From Octopus sinensis (lineage: Eukaryota): a stretch of DNA of 37,430 bases. The position numbers were made by a program, and so were the translations under genes. The notes beneath the pieces are model-generated. The model saw only the letters and a list, made by a program, of their open reading frames with translations. It did no database searches and was not told where the DNA came from. Shown in pieces: positions 25,095 through 37,115 of the stretch; position 1 is the first letter of the stretch; each line of letters begins with the position of its first letter. Location of the stretch: contig NW_021835952.1 of the NCBI RefSeq assembly GCF_006345805.1, positions 1 to 37,430 of the forward strand, in the 5' to 3' direction.

Positions 25095-25147
<53 letters not shown>

Positions 25148-25310
25148 TTCGCCTTCCCTCGTGACTATTAGTGTGTCAAAGCGGCATGCAACGTCAACTA
25201 TATAGCATACGTGGTGCATCTTCTCCACTACCACTGGGTCCGGTCTGTTACGCTCCAGCAGCTGATCTGTTTTCAATGGCAAATCCCACGGGATTTTGCT
25301 AGTCTTCTCC

Positions 25311-25313
<3 letters not shown>
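24394..25313 (-). pseudogene. RLE-type (R4/Dong-like) LINE 3' end with 3' UTR, interrupted by an (ATCT)n expansion
   Basis: Minus strand reads KIPWDLPLKTDQLLERNRPDPVVVEKMHHVCYIVDVACRFD...EGEK, then VSEGIKRNTKEIGIGCPVQKVCLLGTARIIRKVLDR* (stop 24516-24518). These are the RPD/IVDVA and QKxxLLGTARIIRKVL motifs. Confidence 0.85.
24654..25145. repeat. (ATCT)n array with a ~146-150-nt higher-order repeat
   Basis: The landmark actttttatctatctatctatctacctac recurs at about 24751, 24897 and 25047. Confidence 0.9.
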
Positions 25314-25384
<71 letters not shown>

Positions 25385-25927
25385 GTCATCATTATCGTCA
25401 TCAACCAGCGCTGACATCTTCGCCATCACTACCAAGACCAACATAAGGATCACCCTACCTTCACCTTCCCCTCCTTCTCCAGATCCTCATCATCATCATC
25501 ATCATATCTACCACTACAATCATCACTATCATCATCATCACTAATATCATCCTCGTAATTATCATCATCACCATCATCATAAAGTTAGCGAAAGCAAAAA
25601 ACAAAATAAAAAGCATAAAAAAATTGCAACAACTTTTGAAAAACAAACAACAGCAATAAGAAGAACGATGTGATATCAATCGTATTAGTTAGCCCCAATA
25701 GCAACAAGTTTCGCTAGCAACAACGGTTAAAGTATCACATCAAGCATAGAAGGAACAATAGCAACATCTTTAACAACAAAACTATTAGATCAGCCATATT
25801 TGTAACAACCGTAATAACATCTGTAATATCAATCACATTAGCAACAGCAGCAGCAGCAACAACAACAACAAAAGCACCAAATAACAAGCAGAATAAACAA
25901 CTCTCTGGCGCAGTCAGGCAGTGTACT

Positions 25928-25933
25928 GTCTCT

Positions 25934-25984
<51 letters not shown>

Positions 25985-26001
25985 GAGTCCACCCAGGGAC
26001 G
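25928..26001 (+). tRNA. trnN-GTT: tRNA-Asn (anticodon GTT), copy 2
   Basis: Complete cloverleaf with GTT at 25962-25964. Differs from copy 1 at two unpaired positions only. T5 terminator at 26008-26012. Confidence 0.97.
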
Positions 26002-26055
26002 TAAGTATTTTTATTTTTATTTTTCTTCCTGTTGCACAATGCTTGCTCTTTAATA

Positions 26056-26372
26056 GTTCTTTTCAAGTATCTTAATACTTTCCTGATTATTCTGTACTGA
26101 ACATTCTATTCTAATTTCCTTTATATTCCTCTTGATGTCTTCTGATACTGTTCCCAAGGACCCATCAATAATTGGCGCTATCTTCACCTTCATTTTCGAT
26201 AGCCGGGTTATTTCGTACTTAAGAGAGTTGTATCTATCTTTTCGCCTTTCTTCTTGACTATTACTCTATCAAAGAGGCATGCAACGTCAACTATATAGTC
26301 TATGTGATGCACCTTGTCCGCCACCACTAGGTCCGGTCTGTTATGCTCTTGCACCTGATCCGTATGGAATGG
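26056..26372 (-). pseudogene. RLE-type LINE 3' end, duplicate of the unit 1 fragment
   Basis: Minus strand reads PFHTDQVQEHNRPDLVVADKVHHIDYIVDVACLFDRVIVKKKGEKID / YEITRLSKMKVKIAPIIDGSLGTVSEDIKRNIKEI. Confidence 0.85.
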
Positions 26373-26730
26373 AGAGGGAGATGCTGTCCTCGAATTACTT
26401 CATTGAAAGGTGGGAGAAAGGTGCGAAAAGTGTAGACCTGTGTATCAGAGAGAGGGAATTGGAGAGGGCACTTGCCCTTGTTGTTCGGGGAGATCTCTGA
26501 CATCGGGGTTCCTCAATTATCTCCAGAGGTCATCTTCTATCAAGAGGACTTACATCTCTATAACCTCGGTACACTATGTATATTTCCTTTCCTTCTCGTC
26601 GTACATCGTGTATACATACTCCTTTTCTTTTGCTTTCAATTATATGTAAACAACCACACTTCATGTTTCCTATTGTCCCCCTTATCCTTCGCCCTGATGG
26701 CAAATAAATGAAATCATCATCATCATCATT
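26369..26730 (+). mobile_element. Possible 3' end of a second LINE (L1/Tx1-like)
   Basis: MEREMLSSNYFIERWEKGAKSV recalls L1/Tx1 ORF2 C-termini (recognition only). It is followed by a pyrimidine-rich UTR, AATAAA at 26703-26708 and an (ATC)n tail. Confidence 0.4.
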
Positions 26731-26924
26731 ATTTTTTTTTTTTCTTTCTTCAATTTTTTTGTTCCATTTCTCACCGGGTGTTTTCCGAATACCTAGGGCA
26801 GAGAAGCTCATTGTATGCATTCCCAGATTATACACGCAAATTCACAGGGAAAATATGTTTTTAAAAAGAATTAATAAATAAATAAATTCATGAATGGATG
26901 TTGTTTTCACAGCGATAATGCTCT

Positions 26925-26935
26925 TCTATTATTAC

Positions 26936-26975
<40 letters not shown>

Positions 26976-27031
26976 TATTATTATTATTATATATTATTAA
27001 TATTATTTATTATTATTATTATATTATTATA

Positions 27032-27073
<42 letters not shown>

Positions 27074-27102
27074 ATTATTTTTTTATTATTATTATTATTA
27101 TC

Positions 27103-27138
<36 letters not shown>

Positions 27139-27200
27139 ATTAGTATTTATTATTATTATTATTATTATTATCATCATCATCATCATCATCATCATCATTA
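26925..27200. repeat. (ATT)n/(ATC)n array
   Basis: Direct inspection. Confidence 0.95.
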
Positions 27201-27482
27201 TTCAGTAGTCATATTTTTATCACGTGTTTTCACTGCATTACCGAGCGCAGCTCTATGCGCCTTGGGTGCGTGCTGTTGTAATGCTCTTGTTTTCCCTATA
27301 TTGAAAGTGTTTTAGGTAGGATGTGTGTGGTGCCACTAGTGTTATTTTCTCTGTGTTATATATTCTTGTTGGTCCTGGTACTTTTGTTATATATTTGTCT
27401 GAATGTTTTTTTATCATACCTAATGCGCCTACTATCATAGATTCCTAATATATTGTTTCTGCTTTTAGGCTCCACATTCGAG
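27201..27482 (-). mobile_element. 5'-truncated R4/Dong-like LINE embedded in (TAA)n
   Basis: Minus strand reads TRMWSLKAETI / IVGALGMIKKHSDKYITKVPGPTRIYNTEKITL / GTTHILPKTLSI* (stop 27296-27298). A ~95-nt 3' UTR follows, with trinucleotide arrays on both sides. Confidence 0.8.
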
Positions 27483-27505
27483 TTATTATTATTACTATTA
27501 TTATT

Positions 27506-27591
<86 letters not shown>

Positions 27592-27606
27592 CATTATTAT
27601 TATTTT

Positions 27607-28094
27607 GAGTGAGTGAGTGAGTGAGTGAGTGAGTGAGAGAGCAGTGCATGCCATCAAAGTGACACTTGGGTAAAATATACGAAGCCCAGTATACCCATCA
27701 TGACTACCCGTCTGATAAGGGTACACTAGGCACATGCATCGCAACCATATGTGCGTGACTTGGTGATCTCATATCAAGATAAACAGCACATGACCTTGCA
27801 GGTGGGGCTCAGCTAGAATTTTTTCTGGTCGAGTAACCCATCCCGCTCAAAAGGTCCCTGAATAAGGGTTGTTTAAGGATGTTGAAAGAACCACCCATGT
27901 TTCCAGAGGTGAATTATTCAAAGCCCAAAGAATCCCTCTCAACACATGGTTATGATGCTCCCCCATGACTTCTGCTCGTGATCAGAGATGCACATATCGA
28001 CAGCCACTAAGGGACATGCTCAACTGGTTAAGGTCAAACAACTGACAAACAAATCTGTGGTATTGAGCAGCATATTTGCTGCAGCCCATCTTTT
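27607..28094. mobile_element. Unclassified ~490-nt interspersed repeat-like element between (ATT)n arrays
   Basis: Complex sequence with a (GAGT)n end, bounded by (ATT)n on both sides. It resembles an octopus repeat I recall, but there is only one copy in this window. Confidence 0.45.
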
Positions 28095-28102
28095 TATTAT
28101 TA

Positions 28103-28150
<48 letters not shown>

Positions 28151-28204
28151 TATTATATTATCATTATTATTATTACATTATCATCATCATCATCATCATT
28201 ATTA

Positions 28205-28257
<53 letters not shown>

Positions 28258-28259
28258 TA

Positions 28260-28300
<41 letters not shown>

Positions 28301-28813
28301 TATTATTATTATCAACTCGCGGGATCTGTGAATATTTCACTGAATTGATAGTAAACCTTTTGGGTTGTTCCTGAAAACTTTATCCTAAAAGCCTGAAAGC
28401 GTAGCTTGTGTTGTGTCTGCATGGAAAGATAGTCGCTCATCTGTAATTCATTGAAAAGTGAAGGAAACTGGAATATGATGATTACTTAATGCACTTTATA
28501 TATACACTTTATATACTTTATATATACACTTTATATACTTTATGCACAATTTTATAGACTCGTAAAATAAATATTTACTCTTATTTTCTCATTTTCTCAT
28601 AAACAGAAAAAATTACATTTTAAAATTTGCATAGTCACAATTTCATATCTAGAAAACAAAAATTTTATGCTAAAAAAAATTATTCTATATGTAAAATATG
28701 AGGGTCACAATTTCACAGGGATCAAATTTTAATGCAACATGGCATATTCTGAAAACCACATCATTGGTAACTTAAAGTCAGAGCCAATACACATTTCAAT
28801 TTGCGTACACTTT

Positions 28814-29050
28814 TCAATCCAATACTTCTTTGGGGACTATGTTTTGGATGTAAGTTCTCCCTCTTCTTTTCCCCTGTTTGTCAGTGTTGATAACTTTAAC
28901 TCTCACATCAGATAATTTCCGCGCTCTTGAAAATGCAACACATAGCTGACCATGGCTGAATACAGGTTCAGGCAAAAACAGCCCCACTTTATCAAATGTC
29001 TGCCCTTGTAATTTATTTATAGTCATTGGATATGACAAACGAACGGGAAA
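28814..29050 (-). pseudogene. Helitron RepHel PIF1-like helicase C-terminal fragment
   Basis: FPVRLSYPMTINKLQGQTFDKVGLFLPEPVFSHGQLCVAFSRAR...NIVPKEVL* matches PIF1 motifs V/VI (FPxRLxxAMTINKSQGQT, FSHGQLYVAxSR). An in-frame stop lies immediately upstream. Confidence 0.9.
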
Positions 29051-29204
29051 CTAAAGGGAACGACAAGTTTGGGATGCGCATGCGTTAAGTGATTGGTGAT
29101 ATAAAAGAAAAACTTAGTTTAATTAAAACAAAAATACTTTTCACTATACACTCACCATCGTCACCACCACCACCACCACCAGCTCCCTTTCTTTCTTTCT
29201 TTCT

Positions 29205-29241
<37 letters not shown>

Positions 29242-29579
29242 CTCTTTCTGTCTTTATTTAATCTCACCATCAGAACATCACCGCTCTGCTAAAATTATAT
29301 TCCTAACTCTCCTTTATATCACTACCTTCAACTAAACATTTTAATCACGTAATAGATATTACGTTCCCCCTACCACGCTTCTCTCTCCGTCTTTTCTCTC
29401 TCCTTCCTTTTCTTTCTCTAGCTGGTTCTGCCTCACACTTCGCCTTATCCTCTTTTCCTTTCTCTTCCTATTTTCTTTATCCCACTTTTTCTCTAATCAC
29501 GTGAAAGCATTACCGACGGGCTAAGTAACGTAATGACAAGCAAGATTATTATAAGATTATATCATTATCATTACCAATA

Positions 29580-29705
29580 AGGCAGTCAGCTGGCAGAATC
29601 GTTAGCATGCCGGGAAAAAATTCTTAGGGGCACTTCGTCCGTCTTTACGTTCTGAACTCAAATTCGGCCGGGGTGGACTTTACCTTTCATCCTCTCAGGA
29701 TTGAT
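29580..29705 (+). mobile_element. SINE family B, 5' partial
   Basis: aaggcagtcagctggcagaatcgttagc...ttctgaactcaaattc. Confidence 0.75.
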
Positions 29706-29762
29706 TAAATTATTATTGTTATTTACTTTTAACAGCAGCAGCAGCAGCAGCAGCAGTAGTAG

Positions 29763-29814
<52 letters not shown>

Positions 29815-29832
29815 TGTTGTTGTAGTAGAAGC

Positions 29833-29865
<33 letters not shown>

Positions 29866-30294
29866 TGTGGTGGTGGTGGCGGTGCCTGTGGTGGCAGCAG
29901 TAGTAGTAGTACTAGTAGTAGTAGTGATTGTGGTGGTGGTGGCAGTAGTAGTAGTAGTAGCAGCAGCAGCAGCAGCGTGAAATCGCACCGATCGTACTGC
30001 CATTTTTCAAACGAAAGCAGCCAAAATACATCGGGAAAACAGGAGAAACTACTTTTGTTTTCTCGTTCACGTTGCTGCTGCTGTTGTTGTTGCTTCTCTT
30101 CAACAACAATAACAACAACAACAACAACAACGTGAACGAGAAAACAAACAAACAACAACAAATACATAAATAAATATATTTGCGTTTCATGTTAGAAACT
30201 GTACTGGTTTCACTCATCTTTTTTTTGTTCATGTGAGTTGGTGTTGTTGTTGGAGTTGCTAATATGGTTAATGTAATATTTGTGGCTATCGTTA

Positions 30295-30297
30295 TCA

Positions 30298-30364
<67 letters not shown>

Positions 30365-30392
30365 TATTATTACTATTATTATGATTATTATG

Positions 30393-30448
<56 letters not shown>

Positions 30449-30613
30449 TATTATTACTATTATTATCATTATTATGATTATTATTATTATTATTATCACT
30501 ATTATTATTATTATTAAATTATTATTTTATTATTATTATTATTATTACTATTATTATTATTATTATTACTATTATCCTTATTATTATTATTACAATTATT
30601 ATTACTATTATCC

Positions 30614-30644
<31 letters not shown>

Positions 30645-30869
30645 TATTATTATTATTATTACTATTATTATTATTATTATTACTATTATCCTTATTATTA
30701 TTATTATTTTTATTACTATTATTCTATTATTATTACTATTATTATCATTATTATGATTATTATTGTTATTATTATTACTATTATTATTATTATTATTACT
30801 ATTATTATTATTATTACTATTATAATTATTATTATATCATCATCATTATTATTATTATTATTATTACTA

Positions 30870-30900
<31 letters not shown>

Positions 30901-31073
30901 TATTATTATTATTATTGCTATTATTACTGTTATTATTACTATTATCCTTATTATTATTATTATTATTATTACTATTATTGTTATTATTACTATTATTATT
31001 ATTATTACTATTATTATTATTATTACTATTATTATTATTATTACTATTATTACTGTTATTATTACTATTATCC

Positions 31074-31104
<31 letters not shown>

Positions 31105-31274
31105 TATTGTTATTATTACTATTATTATTATTATTACTATTATTATTATTATTACTACTATTATTATTATTACTATTATTACTGTTATTATACTATTATT
31201 ATTATTATTACTATTATTATTATTATTACTATTAATTATTATTACTATTATTACTGTTATTATTACTATTATCC

Positions 31275-31311
<37 letters not shown>

Positions 31312-31367
31312 ATTATATTATTATCTTACTATTATATTATTATTACTATTATTATTATTATTATTAC

Positions 31368-31398
<31 letters not shown>

Positions 31399-31745
31399 CT
31401 ATTATCCTTATTATTATTATTATTACTGTTATTTTACTATTATCCTATTATCCTTATTATTATTATTTTATTATTATTACTATTATTATTATTATTACTA
31501 ATATTATTATTATTATTACTATTATCATTATTATTATTATTATTACTGTTATTATTACTATTATTTCCTTATTATTATTTTATTATTATTACTATTATTA
31601 TTATTATTACTATTATTATTAATTAAATTTATTATATTATTATTATATTAATATTATGATTATTATTACTATTATCCTTATTATTATTATTATTATTATT
31701 ACTATTATTATTATTATTACTATATTATTATTATTATTATTATTA
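30295..31745. repeat. ~1.45-kb (ATT)n array with ACT/CCT interruptions
   Basis: Direct inspection. Confidence 0.95.
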
Positions 31746-32049
31746 TTGTTGTTGTTGTTAACATGTTTGATGTAATTTTCTTGATGCTGTTGTTGTTGTT
31801 AATACGGTTGAACTGCTATTGTTGTTGTTGTTGCAGCTGTTGATGTTGATCTTTTATATTGTTGATAAGATACTCAGTTGCTGCTGCTGCTGCTGTTGTT
31901 CTTTGTGCTGCTAACATGGTTGATTAATATTACTGATGTTGTTGTTGTTGTTGTTCGCAATTGGTGCTCTTTGTTTTTTTTAAAATCGTTGTAATTTTTT
32001 GCTTTGCATTGTTTTGTTTTGTTTTTAATTCATGTTCTGTCTATTCTTA

Positions 32050-32315
32050 TGACGATGATGATGATGATGATGATGATATAATGATGGTGGTGGTAGTGGT
32101 GGTGGTGGTGGGGTGGTGGTGGTGGTGGTGGTGGTGGTGGTGGTGGTGATGATGATGATTTTGATGATGATGATGATGGGGATGATAGTAGTGATGGTGA
32201 TGATGGTGATGATGGTGATGGTAGTCATCATAGTGGTGGTGCTGATGGTGGTGGCGGTGGTGGTGGTGGTGGTGGTGTTGATGATGATGACGATGACGAC
32301 GACGACGACGACGAA

Positions 32316-32347
<32 letters not shown>

Positions 32348-32447
32348 CGATGACTATGTTGAGGAGGAGGACGACGACGATCGTGATGTTGATTATAGTG
32401 TTTACGATAGTGGTATAGTCATAATGGTGGCTATGATGGTAGTGGTT

Positions 32448-32489
<42 letters not shown>

Positions 32490-32584
32490 GTAGTGGTTAT
32501 GATGACGATGACGATGATAACGACGACGACGTTGACAGCCCCGACGAAGATGACAGCTGCGACGGCGACGACGATGACGATGAC

Positions 32585-32616
<32 letters not shown>

Positions 32617-32710
32617 CGACGACGATGGTGATGATCGTGATGGTGATATTAGTGGTTATGGTAGGAGGAATGATGATGATGATGATGATGATGACGACGA
32701 CGACGACGAT
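32050..32710. repeat. (GAT)n/(GGT)n/(GAC)n array
   Basis: Direct inspection. Confidence 0.95.
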
Positions 32711-33025
32711 GCGAAGGAAGAAGGAGGAGTTGAACGATCCTTGCAACAATCTTCGTTACAACGTTGCACGTGTCCATGTTGGTTTGATAACAATCACGAT
32801 GGCGGCGGTGACGAGTGTAGCGCCGCTCAACATCAGAGGTGCAGACGTGGAGGACCGTCTCACCCTTAAACACCGGACATCGTCAATTAATGTTTCAAAG
32901 ATCTTACATGGATTCGGTCAGCATCAAAAGAAAGGCAATATTTTATGGCGTATTGCACTAATGAGATTGGAAATGTTATTGTGCAAGAGACTAATAATTA
33001 TTATAGTTTTTGTAGTTACGCACTT

Positions 33026-33653
33026 AGGTGCAGGCGTGGCTCTGTGGTGAGAAGATCGCTTCCCAACCACGGGTTCGGTTTCATTGAGTGGTATTGTCCC
33101 CGAGGCGGCGTGCTGGCAGAATCGTTAGCAAGCCGGACGAAATGCTTAACTGTATTTCGTCTGCCGTTACGTTCTGAGTTCAAATTCCGCTGAGGTCGAC
33201 TTTGCCTTTCATCCTTTCGGGGTCGATTAAATAAGTACCAGTTACGCACTGGAGTCGATGTAATCGACTTAATCCGTTTGTCTGTCCTTGTTTGTCTCCT
33301 CTGTGTTTAGCCCCTTGTGGGTAGTAAAGAAATAGGTATTTCGTCTGCCGCTACGTTCTGTGTTCAAATTCCGCCGAGGTCGACTTTGCCTTTCATCCTT
33401 TCGGGGTCGATTAAATAAGTACCAGTTACGCTCTGGGGTCGATGTAATCGGCTTAATCCGTTTGTCTGTCCTTGTTTGTCTCCTCTGTGTTTAGCCCCTT
33501 GTGGGTAGTAAAGAAATAGGTATTGTCCCCGAGTTCAGTTTCATTGAGTGGTACCTTGGGCAAATATCTTCTACTATAATCTCAGGCCGACAAAAACCTT
33601 ATGGGTGGATTTGGTAGGCGGAAACTGAGAGAAACCCCTGTGTGTGTGTGTGT

Positions 33654-33694
<41 letters not shown>

Positions 33695-33868
33695 TGTGTG
33701 TGTGGTGTGTGTGTGTGTGTGTGCGTGTGTGTATGTGTGTGCGCGCGCGTGCAAGCGTTTGGCCCACACCACCACTTGACAACTGGTGATGGTGTGTTTA
33801 CATCCCCGAAACTTAGCGGTTCGGCAAAAAGACGACAGAAGAAGTACCAGGCTTTAAAGAAATAAGTA
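33026..33868 (+). mobile_element. SINE family A interrupted by a nested family B dimer
   Basis: A head at 33026-33090; the A body resumes at about 33534. Confidence 0.8.
33103..33518 (+). mobile_element. SINE family B head-to-tail dimer
   Basis: Two B units, flanked by the 15-bp direct repeat ggtattgtccccgag (33090-33104, 33519-33533). Confidence 0.9.
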
Positions 33869-33874
33869 CTGGCT

Positions 33875-34131
33875 TACTCTACTCTTACTCTTTTACCCTT
33901 TTATTTGTTTCAGTCATTTGACTGTGGTCATGCTGGAGCACCGCCTTTAGTCGAGCAAATCGACCCCAGGACTTAATTTTTGTAAGCCTAGTACTTATTC
34001 TATCGGTCTTTTTTGCTGAACTGCTAAGTTACGAGGACGTAAACACACCAGCATCGGTTGTCAAGCGATGTTTGGGGGACAAACACAGACACACAAACAT
34101 ACACACACATACACACACACACATATATACA

Positions 34132-34175
<44 letters not shown>

Positions 34176-34222
34176 ATATTATACATATGTATATATATTA
34201 TATACATATTATATATATATAT

Positions 34223-34263
<41 letters not shown>

Positions 34264-34436
34264 TACATATATTATATATTATACATTATAACACGGGCTT
34301 CTTTCAGTTTCTGTCTACCAAATCCACTCACAAGGCTTTGGTTGGCCCGAGGCTATAGTAGAAGACACTTGCCCAAGGTGCCACGCAGTGGGACTGAACC
34401 CGAAACCATGTGCTACTTACCACACAGCCACTCCTA
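33875..34436 (-). mobile_element. SINE family A, full copy, tail-to-tail with 33026-33868
   Basis: Reverse complement of the family consensus. Confidence 0.9.
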
Positions 34437-35206
34437 TGCTTCAAGTCTTTCGGATTAATGACTAAAACAAGTAAAAGATTAAAAAAATAAAAGAGATTTA
34501 TTGTGAAAATAAATATAAAATTTACCCTTAAGAAAAAGAGATATTTTTGGGCTTTCTGTCCCTTTGGCACACATTCATGTAACCTTTTCCTGCCGTTTAA
34601 AGGTTAAAACTGTCTCCTTGTAAGTTTTCTTCTATAATTATGTCGATTCCTCCAGCTTAAATTAGTTTATTTCTGCTGTAAATATGGGAAACACCTTTTA
34701 CTTATCAACGTAACGTTATTCTGACCGGATTTTTAAAATAAATACCTATACTTCGTGGAGTCTTGTTATTATGGTCATGGCTGGCAACACCCTAGTCTTC
34801 ACTGAAGTTTAGAATGTGAATTTGTTTTTGTTATCTGCTTTCCAAAGAGGCAGATTTTTATCTTTGTTGGAAGCTAGCTACTGCTTACAGGAAGAGTTCA
34901 AATGATAAAAAGCAGCCGAGAATGTATACGCATGCATACATGCATACATACATGCATACATACATACATTTCTGAGGAATCTAATGCTCTCAAGATTAAT
35001 CAGCCGAAATTGCGAGGATGATCCGGTTCTTGACTGAAGATTAAAAGCTTCGAATGACCCGTCCGTGTTTTTTTGTATCATTTATTTGGATGTTTTGCGT
35101 TCTTGTCTCATTTTGTATTTTACATATATATATATAGCGACGTACGTACACTTTATTCTCTTACATGTAAGTACATACAAAATACATACATACATACATA
35201 CATACA

Positions 35207-35239
<33 letters not shown>

Positions 35240-35240
<1 letters not shown>

Positions 35241-35712
35241 GGTGTAGGCGTGACTATGTAGTAAGAAGCTTGCTCGTCAACCACATGGTTCCTGGTTTAT
35301 TCCCATTGTGTGGCACCTTCGGCAAGTGTTTTCTACTATAGCCTCGGGCCGATCAAAGCCTTTTGAGTGAATTTGGTTGACGGAAACTGAAAGAAGCCCG
35401 TCGCATATATATACGGGGGACAAACACACACACATATATATATGAGTATGTATGTATGAATGTATGTATGTATTTGTGTGTGTGTCTTTGTGTCTGTATT
35501 TGTCCCCACCACCACCACCACCACCATCACTTGACAACCGATGCTCATGTGTTTACGTCCCCGTAACCTCGCGGTTCGACAAAAGCGACCGAGAGAATAA
35601 TTACTACGCTAACAACGAATAAGTCCTGGGGTCGATTTCTTCGATAAAAAAAAGCCTTAAAAGCGGTGCTCCAGCATGGCCACAGTCAAACGATTAGAAC
35701 AAGTGAAAGTAT
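35240..35712 (+). mobile_element. SINE family A, full diverged copy
   Basis: Family head, internal microsatellite and tail are all present. Confidence 0.85.
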
Positions 35713-36619
35713 AAATGAATAGATACGTATGTGCTACGTTTTGGGGTGTGGTTTTGGAGGGGGGTTAGTCCACTACGAATGCCAAGGGCCAGAACCCGTT
35801 ACAGGATCTCCGAGATCTGCAAGAGGACAAGAAGGATCGAGGGAAGGAAGGATGCGCGGATGGGGAGAGGGTGGGGAATGAGAGGGGGTTGGGGGAGTGA
35901 GGGTGGGATGAATACGAAAGGGAGGGAGGGAGGATTCTGGGAGAAGTGGAAGAAGGGAAGGTTGGAGAGGAGTGGCAGGAGGTAGTACTCCCAAATCCGA
36001 AAGCTATCCTGAGTACTTGCAACATGGTAGGCTCCGCTAAAGGCGCCCTCCTCCATGTCCCCGGGTGGTGGTGTTGAACCTATGTAGACTGTGGTGGGAT
36101 TTGATCTCAGAATGCAAGCATCGGGAACAAATACTACAAGCCATCTGATCCCGATATTCTTACGGTTCTGCCAATACATCAACTTTGGTTGATTCTTGGT
36201 TTTATTGACTCTGGAAGGGTAAAAAGTAAAGTTGACCTCGACGGGATTTGAACATAAAATGCCGAGACTCGAAACACATAACACGAAGCATTCTGCACCG
36301 TGCTCAAACAACAGTACGAATTTGCTTATGATACATACACGCGGGCTCACACGCACACACGCATGCGCACACAGACATGGGCGCGCATACACACACACAT
36401 ACACTCATGCATACATACACACACACAAATACTCTCCCACAAACACTCAAACTGAAATACATATACACATATTCACACACATATATATGTGTGTGTTTGT
36501 GTGTGTGTATGTATATATACACACACTTTAATACACACACATACACACACGTACTTGTACGCATATATGAATGCTATTATGTACATACGTATTTACGTAT
36601 ACGTACACACATATACATA

Positions 36620-37115
<496 letters not shown>

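Larger units (their letters stand above)
23240..26372 (+). repeat. Tandem segmental duplication: unit 1 about 23240-25313, unit 2 about 25385-26372
   Basis: Colinear homology from gtcatcaacca.cgctgacatcttcgccatcactaccaagaccaacat through the tRNA to ...ggtccggtctgtta.gctc. Confidence 0.9.

Noticed and set aside
32760-32900. Minus-strand GETVLHVC resembling an ankyrin repeat
   Set aside because: The rest of the repeat consensus is absent and there is no coherent exon frame.
34970-35055. CTGAGGA...GAAA and CTGAAGA...CGAA motifs
   Set aside because: The intervening sequence does not form a stem II adjacent to GAAA, and there is no stem I.
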